A stretch of DNA of 64,000 nt from the human T2T-CHM13v2.0 reference genome, Homo sapiens. A program made the translations under genes and the position numbers. The notes beneath the pieces are model-generated. The model did not search any database. It was not told the DNA's origin and saw nothing but the letters and a program-made list of their open reading frames with translations. Shown here piece after piece: positions 44,096 through 64,000 of the stretch. Position 1 is the stretch's first letter. The number at the start of each line of letters is the position of its first letter. The DNA lies in NCBI RefSeq assembly GCF_009914755.1, contig NC_060947.1, one strand, 5' to 3'.

Positions 44096-45035
44096 GATTA
44101 TATTAATAAAGTATTTAATAAGTTCCACTTTAATACTGTACATCAATTCACCAGTTCTAATTCTGGCTTTGTCTTGGTAAGTGGGTTTTTACTTTCTCGT
44201 GGAAACAATTATTTTTCTTATTCAACCACTGTGGTAACTGCACCCTGTGGCCTTAATAACTTTCCCAGCACCCAAACCCTCTATTTTCATCCAATTTCCT
44301 CCAGCCTTAGCCAACATCTGAACTTTAATCCTAAGGTTCAAGCTTTGTTGCCTAGTGTCTCTGATGCCAATAGCCTGCCAGCCTGAATGTCTTCATCAAA
44401 GTTCTATGTCCAATCTGTAGCCAAAGGACAGCCTCTAATTAAGTTTACTGCAGCTAAAATTCCTTCACAGTTCACAACTAAAGAAAAAGATTTGTTTCTC
44501 CTCACGAACTGGTATATTTCTTTCTATTATGTAATAAGAACCCATTATAGTTCCCTTTTCTATAAAAGCTGGAGAAGCTTAGTTTTAGATTTTTGGACAT
44601 GTGAAATTAAAATTTGTGGAATACTTGTTATCAAAAAAGCAACCTGACAAGGTAAGGCATCTTTTCCAGCTTGTGAATATCCTGGCCCATCTCTACTAGC
44701 CACAGAATATATTGAACCCAAGAGATACAGCCTCCCACAACTTCATGCTTCTTCTCAACAAACATGTAAAATTCTCCTGCATTTATGTCAGCCTTGCCTC
44801 TTTCCTCTTGCTTCAACATATGAGATGTTTCTCTTTGTACTTTCTCCTCAGGTGTTTTGCTTCAGTAATTAACTTCTCCCTTCAATTAATTAGAGATCAA
44901 AAATGCTATTTGTATATTTCATCTTTAAAACAAACAAACAAAAAACTGTCAAACAAAAATCTCTTCTTTGACCCTATATTTTCCTCAAGGTAATTTTCCT
45001 GTTTCTCTTTCCCTTCTCTGCAAAAAAATAGAGTA

Positions 45036-46864
<1,829 letters not shown>

Positions 46865-46869
46865 GAGTA

Positions 46870-47600
46870 GTCTATATTCAATTAATTCACTTTTCCAACA
46901 TATTACAGTCTGGTTTATGACAAGTCTTCTTTCCTGAAACTGTTATTGCAGAGGTCCCCAGTAATCTTCCAGTTGCTAAAACTAAAATGTTTTTGCTCCT
47001 TGCCTGACTTGTCCTTTCCACAACATTTAACAATTTCACTTATTTTCCCTTTGAAACCTCTTCTCCACTATGTGGAGTGACATCATTCTCTCCTGCCTCT
47101 CTAGTCACTCTCTGTCAGTCTCTTTACAAGCTTCATTCCCTCTCCTCTCACCCTAAGCATCCTTTTCCACAAAAATCCCGATCTTGACACTCTTCTAAAC
47201 TTTATATATTTTCCATTAGTTAATTATTACATATTGTTGATTTCAAGATCTTTAAATCCAACACAAATCTTTGGTCTAAATTCTAGATCTGCATATTTAA
47301 CTTCCTCTGTATATATCATAAACATCTCAATTTCAATCTGTTACTTTTCAAGACTTTGCCACCTCTAGCACTCTACTGAAACTACTTCTAAGAGATCTCC
47401 AATGCTTTCCTACTTGAAAATCCAATTGGCATCCCCTCTTTATGAAATATTTTTGACTTCCAGGTTTCTATATTCTCCTATATCATATTCTTCCTCTCTG
47501 AACATTTTTCCTCTCTCTTTAACATACTTCTCTTTTCTAACTTGCTCTCTAAGTCTAGTTATCCCTCCATATTCTATCCTAGTGCAGTTAATATTTGAAT
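46870..47600. mobile_element. Degenerate L2 fragments
   Basis: ctgaaactg...gaggtccccagtaatcttcc...ttgctaaa; tccaattggc...atttttgac. Confidence 0.5.
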
Positions 47601-48489
47601 ACCACCTACTGAGGGAAATCCTCAAGCTTGGGGTAGTATAGCAGGAGCATGTGTATTGGGAAAAAAGTTATTTTTCAAGATACTAATTAAGGAAGAGTTA
47701 AGAAAATAAGGCTGACATGACCCATGGTGCAAGGACGAAGTGTCTCTGCTTGGGCTTAGTTATAAATGGGAGCACTTTCTGGACCAATTGTAATAACATT
47801 CATTGTCTTCAACTCAAATTGTTCTGAACCATACTGAGTCACAGCTATTAAGAGAAGACTGAGACACAACCAAATAAACTGTAGTTTGCTATTTATTTGT
47901 TAGCTACTTGAAGGGAGAATTCATTTTTTTAATCTCTAAATTTCCAACATCTAACACGCTACTTGATCATTGTAAAAATTTTAAAAAGTGTTTTGAAAGC
48001 AAAAGAATGATTCAAAAGCCCTCAGGGAACAGTTAATGAGACATTTGTGTTTTCCTCCTCCACAGCCTTTAGAAGCTCAAAGGCAAGAGCAGAGAAATAG
48101 CGTGGTGGTGACATCCAATGTTGATAATTTGCAAGGCGGGCCCAATTGAAGGGGAAGCAAGTAAAACCAAAAGGGATGTTTCTTAATAGGATGGGTTGAG
48201 TTCCAGTGATAGAGAAAAACATACATTTGATAGAAGCATGGGTAAAATAAAGGTAAAAAGAGAGTGGCCTGTAGTCAGAAGGGGAAATTCAGTTTCCAAT
48301 CTTGGATGAGGAGTCGTTCTGGTGACGGTAAGTCTCAATTTGTGACAATTCCAGAGTCAACTATAGCTATGTGGAGATAAGGTAGAGCAAGGATCCATGA
48401 TATCAAATGGTTGGTGAAAAGGGTAGTGATAGAAGTGGGATAGTTACTATGATCCAAGTGCTAAAGAAAGTGAGAAAAGTTTCTCTCCC

Positions 48490-48765
48490 AGAGAGGTAGT
48501 ATGGCACAGTGATTATGAGTGTAGACTCGGGATTCAGAAGTAGGGTTTTATACATACTTCTCTTGTTTACCAGCTCAGTGACCTTAAACAAGTGACCTTG
48601 GACAAATTGCTTAACCTAGCCAAGCCTAAATATTGTCATTTATAAGGCAGAGATAATAGTGTCTATCTCATAAGGTTGTTATCTGTATTAAATAAGATAA
48701 TGCAAGCAAATTACTTAGCACATGATGACTGATTCATAGTAAGCCCTCAGTAAATGTCAATTGAA
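48490..48765 (+). mobile_element. MIR
   Basis: gtgaccttggacaaattgcttaacct...taaggttgtt...cttagcac...agtaagccctcagtaaatg. Confidence 0.8.
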
Positions 48766-48961
48766 AAATATAGACATTGGCAGTAAGGACTGGACAACAG
48801 CACTAAGAGTTGGCTTCGTTTTCAAAAAATAAGATGTGACCAATGTAGGTGTTTAAATTCATTCTAGTCATTGGGTGCAAAAAATTCTTCCCAGGCAGCT
48901 GGAAAAAAAAACTTGCCAATATGATCATGAAACTATTTCCAGTAGTCTTTGAGGAGTACCC

Positions 48962-49350
48962 TATTTTAGTCTGGGTTCCATAGAAAAGAAATCGTAAGAC
49001 AAATGCTTATTGCTATTACTTTATTGAGGCATGCAATTTCAAGAATCAACAGTGAGAGAAAAGGGTAGTGAGGCAGAGAGCGAAAGCAAATATAAAAAAT
49101 TATGTTTCCTAGCTGGCCACAGCTTCATAAGCTAACTACTTCATCTTGCCAGATGGCTTGAGAACAGTACTGCCTTTAGACCCAAGCAAAACAGAATGTT
49201 TGCCTTGAGCCACACATATCACACACATACACACACGCACACGCACACACGCACAACCCACAACTAAACAACACATGTGTGCCTCTTTCCCTAGAGATGT
49301 AGCACTCAGTAGTTCTGGCACAGCCACAGCAGGTGTCGTAAATATCCGCT
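48962..49350. mobile_element. ERVL LTR16/33-like fragment with an embedded CA-rich repeat
   Basis: ttagtctgggttcc...agacaa...ctttattgagg start. Confidence 0.4.
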
Positions 49351-50111
49351 TTCACAACTAATGCCATCCAGATCCCAGAGAAATATCTCCCATCATCTCT
49401 TGCCTATGCTCTCTAAATCCTTTATGGGTTGTCCCACTGCCATCATTAGAGATGAAGTTGAGTCCTACGTCAGACTGCAGAAAGATTTGAGTGGCAGAAG
49501 CACTTAGGCAAGAAAAAAATAAAGTAATTTACTGGCTATATCTCTTCCCTCAGCCTGAATGAAATAGATGTTAGCATTACAAAATATTATTTTCCAGTAG
49601 TGCCTATTATTTCATTCTTCACTTTTATTTTTTTCCAGTTATATATCTGGAGATATTCACAAATTAGCAAATTGGCACATGGCCCCAGGCGAACATTTTT
49701 CAATATTAATCAATTCATGTTATTCTTAAATTTGTATTTACGTAGATACACATGTAACATGCATAAAGTATGAATCATTTTTTGGAATGACGACTAAATG
49801 AACACTGAATGCTAGAAATACAAAGAGTTTTTTTATGATTATATTTCATAAGATTTGATTACAATTTTTAAAAATTACATAAGATGTCAGTTTTATTTGA
49901 GTAAGCTTGACTTAAAATTTTGACACTAATTAAAATTTGTGTTTGTATTTTAACCTAAAAATATTATTTTGGACATTTTGAAGAAAAAAACTTTTTGAAA
50001 CATAATTAAAACTTTTGATTTTATATTTGTTTAAACTGATATTTTAATGACAATACATCCCAAATTTGTGCACCTTGAAAATAAGTTTATCTGTTAATTC
50101 TTCAGATCTTT

Positions 50112-50372
50112 GCTGCCCAATATGGTGGCCACCAGCCACACACGTGTTATTGAGCACTTGACATGCGGCCCTTCCAAACTGAGATGTGCAATAAATGTAA
50201 AATATACATTGGATTGTGAACACTTAATATGAAAAAACAGTGTTTAATAGCTCACTTATATTTTTATTTGTTACATGATGGAATTGAAATATTCTGATAT
50301 ATTGGGTTCTAAATAAGTACATTATTAACATTAATTTCAATTGTTTCTGTTTACTTTTTTAATGTGGCTATG
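50112..50372. mobile_element. MER33/MER3-like hAT-Charlie fossil
   Basis: ccaatatggtggccaccagccaca...attgagcacttga...aactgagatgtgc...aatgtggcta. Confidence 0.75.
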
Positions 50373-53300
50373 TTGGACATAACCAACTTAATTCTGTCAA
50401 TAGACACAATTTATGTGAAAATCTTCCTCAAAGTAATATAATTAATGATTTTACTGAAGTGAAAGCAAACAAGATAATTTTTGATAATAAGATAATTTTT
50501 ATAATGGACTGTGAAGAATATACTTATTCATTTTATCACTAGTTCAAACATCACCAGCCCTAGGTATGTGCAATAAAAATTTAAATTGAGCATCTTTGAT
50601 ATTTTGTGAGCTTTCAGTCACAGGAAAACAGCAGGTTTACAAAATTTGTTTTTGTCATTATTATGGGACTGGGAAGTACTTAAATGTCGTTACTGCAAGA
50701 ATCACCCATCCTACACATTCCCCAAGAAGCAGCCCCTTGCCCCACCCCAGTGCTCTTCACACTGGTTTAGGATGGAGACATATATGGATAGTTTACTGAA
50801 GAGTGGGGGCAGTGCTCACAAATCATGACAGTGCAGGGGCAGAAGAAGCTGTTCCTTCATCTGACTCACTTTCCCTAGGATTACATTAAAAAAGAAGAGT
50901 CTTGATGGACATTTTTATTAACCTTACCTCTATCTTTCCATAATTATTCTGTCCTCTTTGCAGAATTTCCAGGAAACTTAACCTTTTCCCACATGAGAAA
51001 AATGTTACACAGCTCAGTCCCTTCTTGTCTCTTACCTTCTCCAGTACCTCATACTTCAGAAATGAGGTATGTTTCTCGTTTTGTGAGATGAGTGACAGAA
51101 ACAGGTGTCCCATCCTCGTTCCTCAATTCAGCATCCCCACCAGCGGGAACCTCACAAGTTGCCCAAAAGAAAACTTCTCTCACTAGAGAACACATTAATA
51201 TTTTGACTCCGTGAGGACAACAAGGGCAACTATTTTAGAGGGAAAGCAAAATTTGGCTGGTTTACACCTGAAAGTCTTTTCTTCCTAATAGCCATAGAGT
51301 AGCTCTGCTGCTTCCCATTCTCATTCTGTGTTCTTTGTTAATATCATAACAATATTACCAAATTTGCTGGGATGGTCCCAGTTTATGCCTGTTCTCCTTG
51401 TATAATTATTAAAACTGCCTCCTTTCTGGAGACCCAGGGAACCAGAAAGTACCAGAGTAATAGCAGAGAGAAAGGAGATTGAGAAAGAAACCCAACAAAG
51501 ACACCTATGAACTCCTGAGTTCACCCTGAACCCGTGCATGCATAGATTGGATCTTACCTACCAAAGACGTTAAAGACTGAGCTAACAGGTAGACCTCCAC
51601 CTAGATTCCAAACAGACCGCTGGGTGGTGCACATGAGGGACAGTTCCAAATATCCTGCAAAGCCTTCAACAACTGTAATGATAGTGGTACCACAGGCCAC
51701 AGAAGGTGAGTTGAAACTTGCTACCTCAATATGACCAAGTGAAGTACGTACTATCACAAAAATGTCTTAACTATTTAAAGTAGATGCTAAAATAAAAATA
51801 TGAATATCATTTATAGAATTTAAACATAGTTTCATAATGTAATATTCAAAATGTCCAAGAAACAATCCAAAATTACTCAGCATATTAAGAATCTCAAAAA
51901 TCTCAACTTACATAGGAAAAGAGTTAACAGTTACCAAAAATAAGATGATATAGATATTGGAATTTTCTGAGAGACACTTTAAAGCAGCTATAATAAGAAT
52001 GCTAGAAAGAGCAATCATGAAGACTCCTCAAACACAAAATAAACAGTATCAGCAAATAAATGGAATATATAAAAAAGAAACAGTGAATATTTTAGAACTT
52101 AAAAATGCAGAACTGAAAAATTTTGAAAACCTCACTGAATGTACTTAATAGCAGAGTGAAGGTGACAAAAGAAAGAATTGGTAAACTTAAAGATAGATCA
52201 ATATAAATTGTCAAGCCTGAGCAAGAGACAAGAAAAATAGATTGAATAAAAATAAACAGTGTCACAAGTGTACCTGTGAGACTACAACAAAACATCTAAC
52301 ATTCATGTCATTGGAGTGCTAGAAGGAAAACGGAAAAAGTGTGGTGCTGAAAAAAATATTTGAATAAATATGGCTGAAAACTTCCCAAGTTCTACAAAAG
52401 ACCTACACATTCTAGAAAATAAATGAACCCCAATTAGTAATAACCAAAATAATTCAAGTGCCAACACATTGTAATCCAACTGCTAAAAAACAAAAGACAA
52501 AGAAAAATCTTGAAAGCAGCCATAAAAAATAATGCATTACCTGTAAGAGAACGATGATTTAATTGACAATGGATTCCTCTTCAGAAACCATGGTGGCTAG
52601 AAAAAAAGAGGTAGAACAATTTTAAAGTACTGGAAAAGAACAAATTTCAATCCAGAACTCTATATCCAGAGACAATATCCTTCCAGAATAAAGGTGAGTA
52701 AAGACATTCTCAGATGAAGGACAACTAGAGAATTTGGAGCCAGAAGACCTGTTCTGGAAGACTTTCTAAAGGAAGTTCTTCAGATGAAAGGTATATGATA
52801 CCAGAAGGAAACCTGGAACATCAGGAATGAAGGAAGAAAATCAGAAATGGTAAGTATCTGGGAAATATAATATATTTTTCCTCTCCTCCTGGATTCTTTA
52901 AAATATGTTTGTTGGTTAGAAGCAAAAAAATTAACAGTGTCTGAAGGGGGTTTCAATGTACATAGAAGTAATATATAACACAATTAAAAATGCAGATGAG
53001 GACATCTATGTGGTAGTAAGGCACATATGTGCCAGTTGAAGTGGTAAATATTTACTCTAAATAGATCGTGAAAACTATATATTTTGAAATCTCTACAACA
53101 GACAACAATAATAAAATACATAGATATATAGTTGAAATTATAAATAGTTAAAATAGAATACCAAAAAAGTTTAAATATCCTAAAGGAAATGAGGAAAGAA
53201 GAAATGGAGGGACAAAAAAAGAGGGAACATGCAAACAAATTAAAAACAATAAAATGGTAGATATATATCAATAATTACATTATATTTAAATGTTCTAAAA

Positions 53301-53769
53301 ATACCAACTAAAAGACAGAAATTGTCAGAATGTATCATAAAAGACCTGATCCAGCTCCGTGCTCTCTATAAGAAATTCATTTCAAATATACTGGCATAGG
53401 TGTCTTAAAATAAAAAGGATAGAAAGTTCTATACCATGTAAACATTAATTAAAATAAGGTAGGAGAGACTACATTAATATTAGAAAAAGTAGACTTTGGA
53501 CCTAAGAAACTTCCCAGGGATAAAGATAGGCACTACATATTGATAAAATAGTTAATTTGCCAAGGAAACCTACCAATTCTAAAAGTGTGAGAACTCAAAA
53601 GCACAGGCAACACAGCAGAAATAGACAAATGGGGTCACATCAAGCAAAAAAGCTTCTGCACAGCAAAAGAAACAATAACAAAATGAACGGTAACCCACAA
53701 AATGGGAGAAAATATTTGCGAGCTACCCATCTGACAAAGGATTAATAACCAGAATATATAAGAAGTTTA

Positions 53770-54243
<474 letters not shown>

Positions 54244-54950
54244 TCATCTCACCCCAGTTAAAATGGCTATTATCCAAAAGACAAGCAGTAATGGATGCCG
54301 GCAAGGATGTAGAGAAAGGGGAACCCTCATGCACTGTTGATAAGAATGTAAATTAGTACAGCTATTATAGAGAACAGTATGGAGGTTCCTCAAACCAATT
54401 CTACCGCTGCTATATATCAAAAGAAAAGAAATTAGTATACCAAAGAGATATCTGCACTTCCATGTTTATTGCAGCACTATTCATGATAGCCAAAACATGG
54501 AATCAACCTAAGTGCCCGTCAGTGGATGAATGGATAAAGAAAATGTGGTACATATACAAAATAGAATCTTATTTAGCCACAAAAAAGAGTGAAATCCTGT
54601 CATTTGCAACAACATGGTTGGAACTGGAGGACACTACGTTAGGTGAAATAAATCAGTCATAGAAAGACAAATATTGAATGTTCTCATTCATATGTGGGAG
54701 CTAAGAAAACTGATCTCATGGAAACAGAGACTGGAACAATGGTTACCAGAGGCTGGCAAGGATAGTGGGAAAGCAGGGACGATGTAAAGGGGTTGGTTAA
54801 TGGGTAGAAAAATACAGTTGGATAGAAGGAATAAGATCTAGTGTTTGGTGGCACAATAGGGCAACTATAGTTAACTATAGTTCATTATATATTTTTAAAT
54901 AACTAGAAGAGTGGAATTGAAATGTTCCTGACATAAAGAAATGATAGACA

Positions 54951-55247
<297 letters not shown>

Positions 55248-56678
55248 TCACATAACGTGCTTGCAAGAATGCCAGGCATATACTTTTTGAAGTATATTTG
55301 CCACAACTGCTTATAAAATACTTTTATGGGAAACTATAATTTGTTTGACAAGAACCTTTGTAAAACTTGTTACAGACAATCTTGAAAAGTTACTTAAAAA
55401 CAGAATTGAGACTATACTACATATACAATTTTATAAACTGCTTTATACTTATTACAAAGGTATTAAGGATTTTTGAGGGTCATGAGATTACTGCCAGATG
55501 ATACTTCAGAAAAACAGTATCAATTTATACTAGGATCAACAGTATTTGAGTGGACTTGTTCTATAATACTCTCAGAAACACTGGGTTAAAAAGAAAGGAG
55601 AAAATAAAAATAAATCTTCAGCTAATAAGGCTAATATGTACTCTCCTCCTGTTTTGTAAATCTTCACTTATTAGTGAGGCTCAGTATTTTTTTCTTGTTT
55701 ACTGGCCATTTCTAGTTTTGGTCTTATGAATTATCTGTTTGGTTGGGGTACTGATCTTGTTAGAAATATTTTGGTATTTGGGAATGGACAGAAGCTTAAT
55801 ATTTTTAAGTAGTCAAACCTTTTTATCTTATATTTGATGTTTTAAGAATAATAAACATGTCTTACATTTTATTATCAGAGTAAGTTTTTAAAATACTAAA
55901 CTATAAAATAATGACAAAATGTAAGACAAAGTTCTAAGAATCTAATATACAGCACGGTGACTATAGTTAATAGTATCATATTATATACTTGAAATTTACA
56001 GAGAGCAGATCTTAACTGTCCTCATCACTGTCAACTTGCCCCCAAGGGTAACTACTTGAGGTGATGGACGGGTTCATTCCCCAAATGTGGTATTCATTTC
56101 AGAATGTGTATGTGTATCAAACCATCGCATTGTGTACTTTAAATATATATAACTTTGTCAATTATACCTCAATAAAGCTGGAAGAAAATACGACAAAATA
56201 AAAAAAAAGAAATGATAAACACTGGAAGTGAGAGATATCTGAATTATCCTGATTTAATCATTACACATTGTATGCTTGTATCAAAATTCGCGTGTACCTC
56301 ATAAATATGTACAACTATTATGTATCCATAAACATTTTTAAACCAGTTAAAAAATCAAGCCTTAAAAAATTAAAAGAATGAAAATTATCCAAAGCATGTT
56401 CTGTGATCATAATGGAATTAAACTAGAAATCAATAACAGACAAATAGCAAGAAAATTTCTAAATGTTTGGAAATGAAACAATACACTTCACCATGGGTCC
56501 AAAAGTAAGTGTCAAGAAAAATTAGAAATATTTTGAGCTGAACAAAAATGAAAATATAACATATCAAAATGTAGAATGCAGCTAAAGTAATATTAGAGGG
56601 AAATTTATAGCATGAAATGTTTACATTAGAAAAAAGTTCTGAAAGGAATAATCTAAATTTCCATCTTAAGAAAGTAGA

Positions 56679-56988
<310 letters not shown>

Positions 56989-58591
56989 AAGAAATTAGAA
57001 AAGGAAAATAAAAATAAACCAAAGCATACAGAATGAAAGTAATACAAATATAAGAGCAGCAATCAATAAAATTTAATACAAAACAAGAGAGAAAATCAAT
57101 AAAACCAAAACCTTGCTTTTGAAAAAAATCAATAACATAAATTCCTAGCAAGTCTAATGAAGAAAAAAAAGACAGAAAACACAAATTACCAATATTAGAA
57201 ATGAAGAGGATCTATCACTAAAGACCCCATAGACATGAAAAATTAGAGAATATTATAAATAACTCTATACATATACATTCAATAACTTTGACAAAATGGA
57301 TAAATTCCCTAAACACTACAAACCACCAAAACTCACCCAATGTGAACTAGATAATCTGAATGTCCTTATAACCATTAAATAAACTTAACAAAATACTTAC
57401 ATGATCTGTATCTTGAAAACTACAAAATGCTGAGAAAGAAATCAGAGAAGATCTAAAGAAATGGAGATGCATTCTGTGTTTATGGACTTGAAGAATCAAC
57501 ATATTAAGGGTGTTCATTCTCCCCACATTGTTCAATAGTTTTAAAACAGTACCAGTTGAAATTCCAGCAATATTTTTGGTATATATAGACAACCTAATTA
57601 TAAAACTTATATGATAAGGAAAACAAAGTAGAATAGCTAAAACAATTTTGAAAAGGAAGAATAAAATGGGAAGAATCACTTTAATCAATATTAAGACTTA
57701 CTGTATAGTTTCAGTAATCAACAAAGTGTGGTACTGGAGGAGATATAAACACATAGATCAATAGACAGAATAGAGCTCCCCCATACAAACCAATTGGGCA
57801 TTTAATTTTTGGCAAAACTGCAAAAGAAATCCATGGAGAAGGATAGACTTTTCAACAAAAGATCAATGGTTTGGAACAATTGATCATCCATATGCAAAAA
57901 ACTTAATTCCAACCTACTTCTCACTTTATACAAGGCTTATCTCAAAGTGGATCATAGATTTAAATATAAACATAAAATTATAAAACTTTTAGAAAAAAAC
58001 ATAAGAAATCGTCTTTGTAACTTGAATTTAGATGAAGAATTCTTAGGACATGAAACACACAATTCATAGAAGGAAATATAAGTTTACAAAAATTAATAAC
58101 TTTTGTTCTGTTAAAGACATTATTAAAATAAAAAAGACAATTAGCAGACTGGGAGAAAATATTCACAAATCTCATGTTTGACAAATGACATTTACCAGAA
58201 GATATAAAGAACCCTCAAAATTCAACAATAGGAAAATAAATAACCCAACTTAAAAATGGGCAAAGGACTTCAGCAGACACTTCACCAAAGAGGATGTAAG
58301 AATGGCAAATATGCACATGAAACAGTGTTAAATGTCATAGTCCTTAGGGAAATGCAAATTACAACCATAATGAGTTACTACTACACAACTATTAGAATGA
58401 CTAAAATAAAAAGATACTGTCACTATCAAGTGCTGGTGAGGACACAAAGCAACAAGTATTCTCACACATTTCTGGTGGGAATGCAAACTTGTAGAGCCAC
58501 TCTGGAAAATGTTTTAACAATTTATTTTAAAAAATAAACATACATTTACCACATGACCCAGCAATTCCCATCCTAGGTATTTACCCCAGAG

Positions 58592-58817
58592 CAGTGACTG
58601 GCAATCTTTTTTCTGTAAAGAGGTGGATAGTCAATATTTTAAGCTTTGTAGGCTATACGGCCTCTGTCACAAGTACTGTTCTGTTGTTACAGTATCAAAG
58701 CAGCCATAGACATATACAAATGAATGGTTGTGGCTGTATTTCATTAAAATATTATTTATGAAAACAGGCCGTAAGCCAGATTTGGCCTGAGTGCTGCATG
58801 TAGTTTGCTGATCCCTG
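58592..58817. mobile_element. MER58A inserted in L1M
   Basis: CAG...CTG termini with an 8-bp hAT-type TSD ccccagag/ccctaaag. Confidence 0.85.
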
Positions 58818-59370
58818 CCCTAAAGAAATAAAAACTTACATTCACACAAAAACCTGTGCATGACTTCATTACAGCTTTACTCATGATTGCCAAACACTAG
58901 AAACTACCTAAATGTCCTTCAGCGGGTGACTGAAAAAACAAACAGTGGTATATTCATTCAATGGAATACTACTCAACTTAATAAAAGAGCTAACTGGTGA
59001 TATGCACAATGATTTGGATGAATCACAAGGGAATTATGCTAAGCATAAAAGGCAATATCAAGGTAACATACTGCATGATTCCATTTACATGGCATTGCCA
59101 CAAAACAAAAACCACAGTGATGAACAGATCAGTGGTTGTGAGGGATATCTGTAGTAAATACAATAATATGACTATAAAGGCATAGCATTAGGGAGTTTAC
59201 TGCGGTGTTCTGTATACTGTTTGTGATGCTGGTAACATAAATTTATGCGTATGTTAAATTTCACAGACCTGTACACCAAACCAAAAGTTAATTTAACTTT
59301 AAAATAATTTACAAAACAAAAGATAGAGAAATTTTTTTAAGTATTCCATTTTCCTATTAAAGTGTCCCAG

Positions 59371-63685
<4,315 letters not shown>

Positions 63686-64000
63686 GCTCTATACACCCTT
63701 GGGGAACTATGTTTTCTTTTTGGCCGAAGACCACCTGAGTGGTTGGAGGGGCATCTTGCCTCAAATATAGGACCATCTCTATGGAGGAGGTACAATATTT
63801 TCCAAATAATTTTGGATGCTACCTCTTTAGGATGCTCCAAAGAGGTAGCATCTGAATGATAAGACCTAATTATTTTTAGTTTCATCACATTTTCAGTCAT
63901 GTAAATATTTTATTTTTCCCAATCTTAATTGCTTTCCTTTTCTTTATGGATAGGGTCATGGAGAGGAATTATATTTCAGCTTGCTATTAATACTTGTGAT

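Noticed and set aside
48593-48601. Perfect CCAAGGTCA SF-1 motif
   Set aside because: It is part of the MIR consensus core (gtgaccttgg) found genome-wide, with no supporting context.

Overview
Human X-chromosome (Xp21) window containing the complete NR0B1 (DAX1) gene on the minus strand. Exon 1 CDS is 17625-16458 and exon 2 CDS is 13083-12839, giving 470 aa. An alternative terminal exon 2A (14115-14081) gives a 400-aa isoform. The gene has a TATA/NR5A promoter in a CpG island and the GGAA microsatellite known as the EWS-FLI1 response element, counted here as 24 motifs. The rest is gene-poor and repeat-rich: a full-length THE1 with intact TSD, solo MaLR/ERVL LTRs, ten Alus, a twin-primed 5'-inverted L1PA, nested old L1M elements and DNA transposon fossils. 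I found no new protein-coding system. The most unusual items are a 1.25-kb composite retro-insertion (AluSc + foreign DNA + AATAAA + polyA) under a single 16-bp TSD, candidate enhancer motif clusters in intron 1 and about 4 kb upstream, and an unexplained 17-bp direct repeat. Repeat subfamilies were assigned by eye from remembered consensus sequences and need RepeatMasker/Dfam confirmation.
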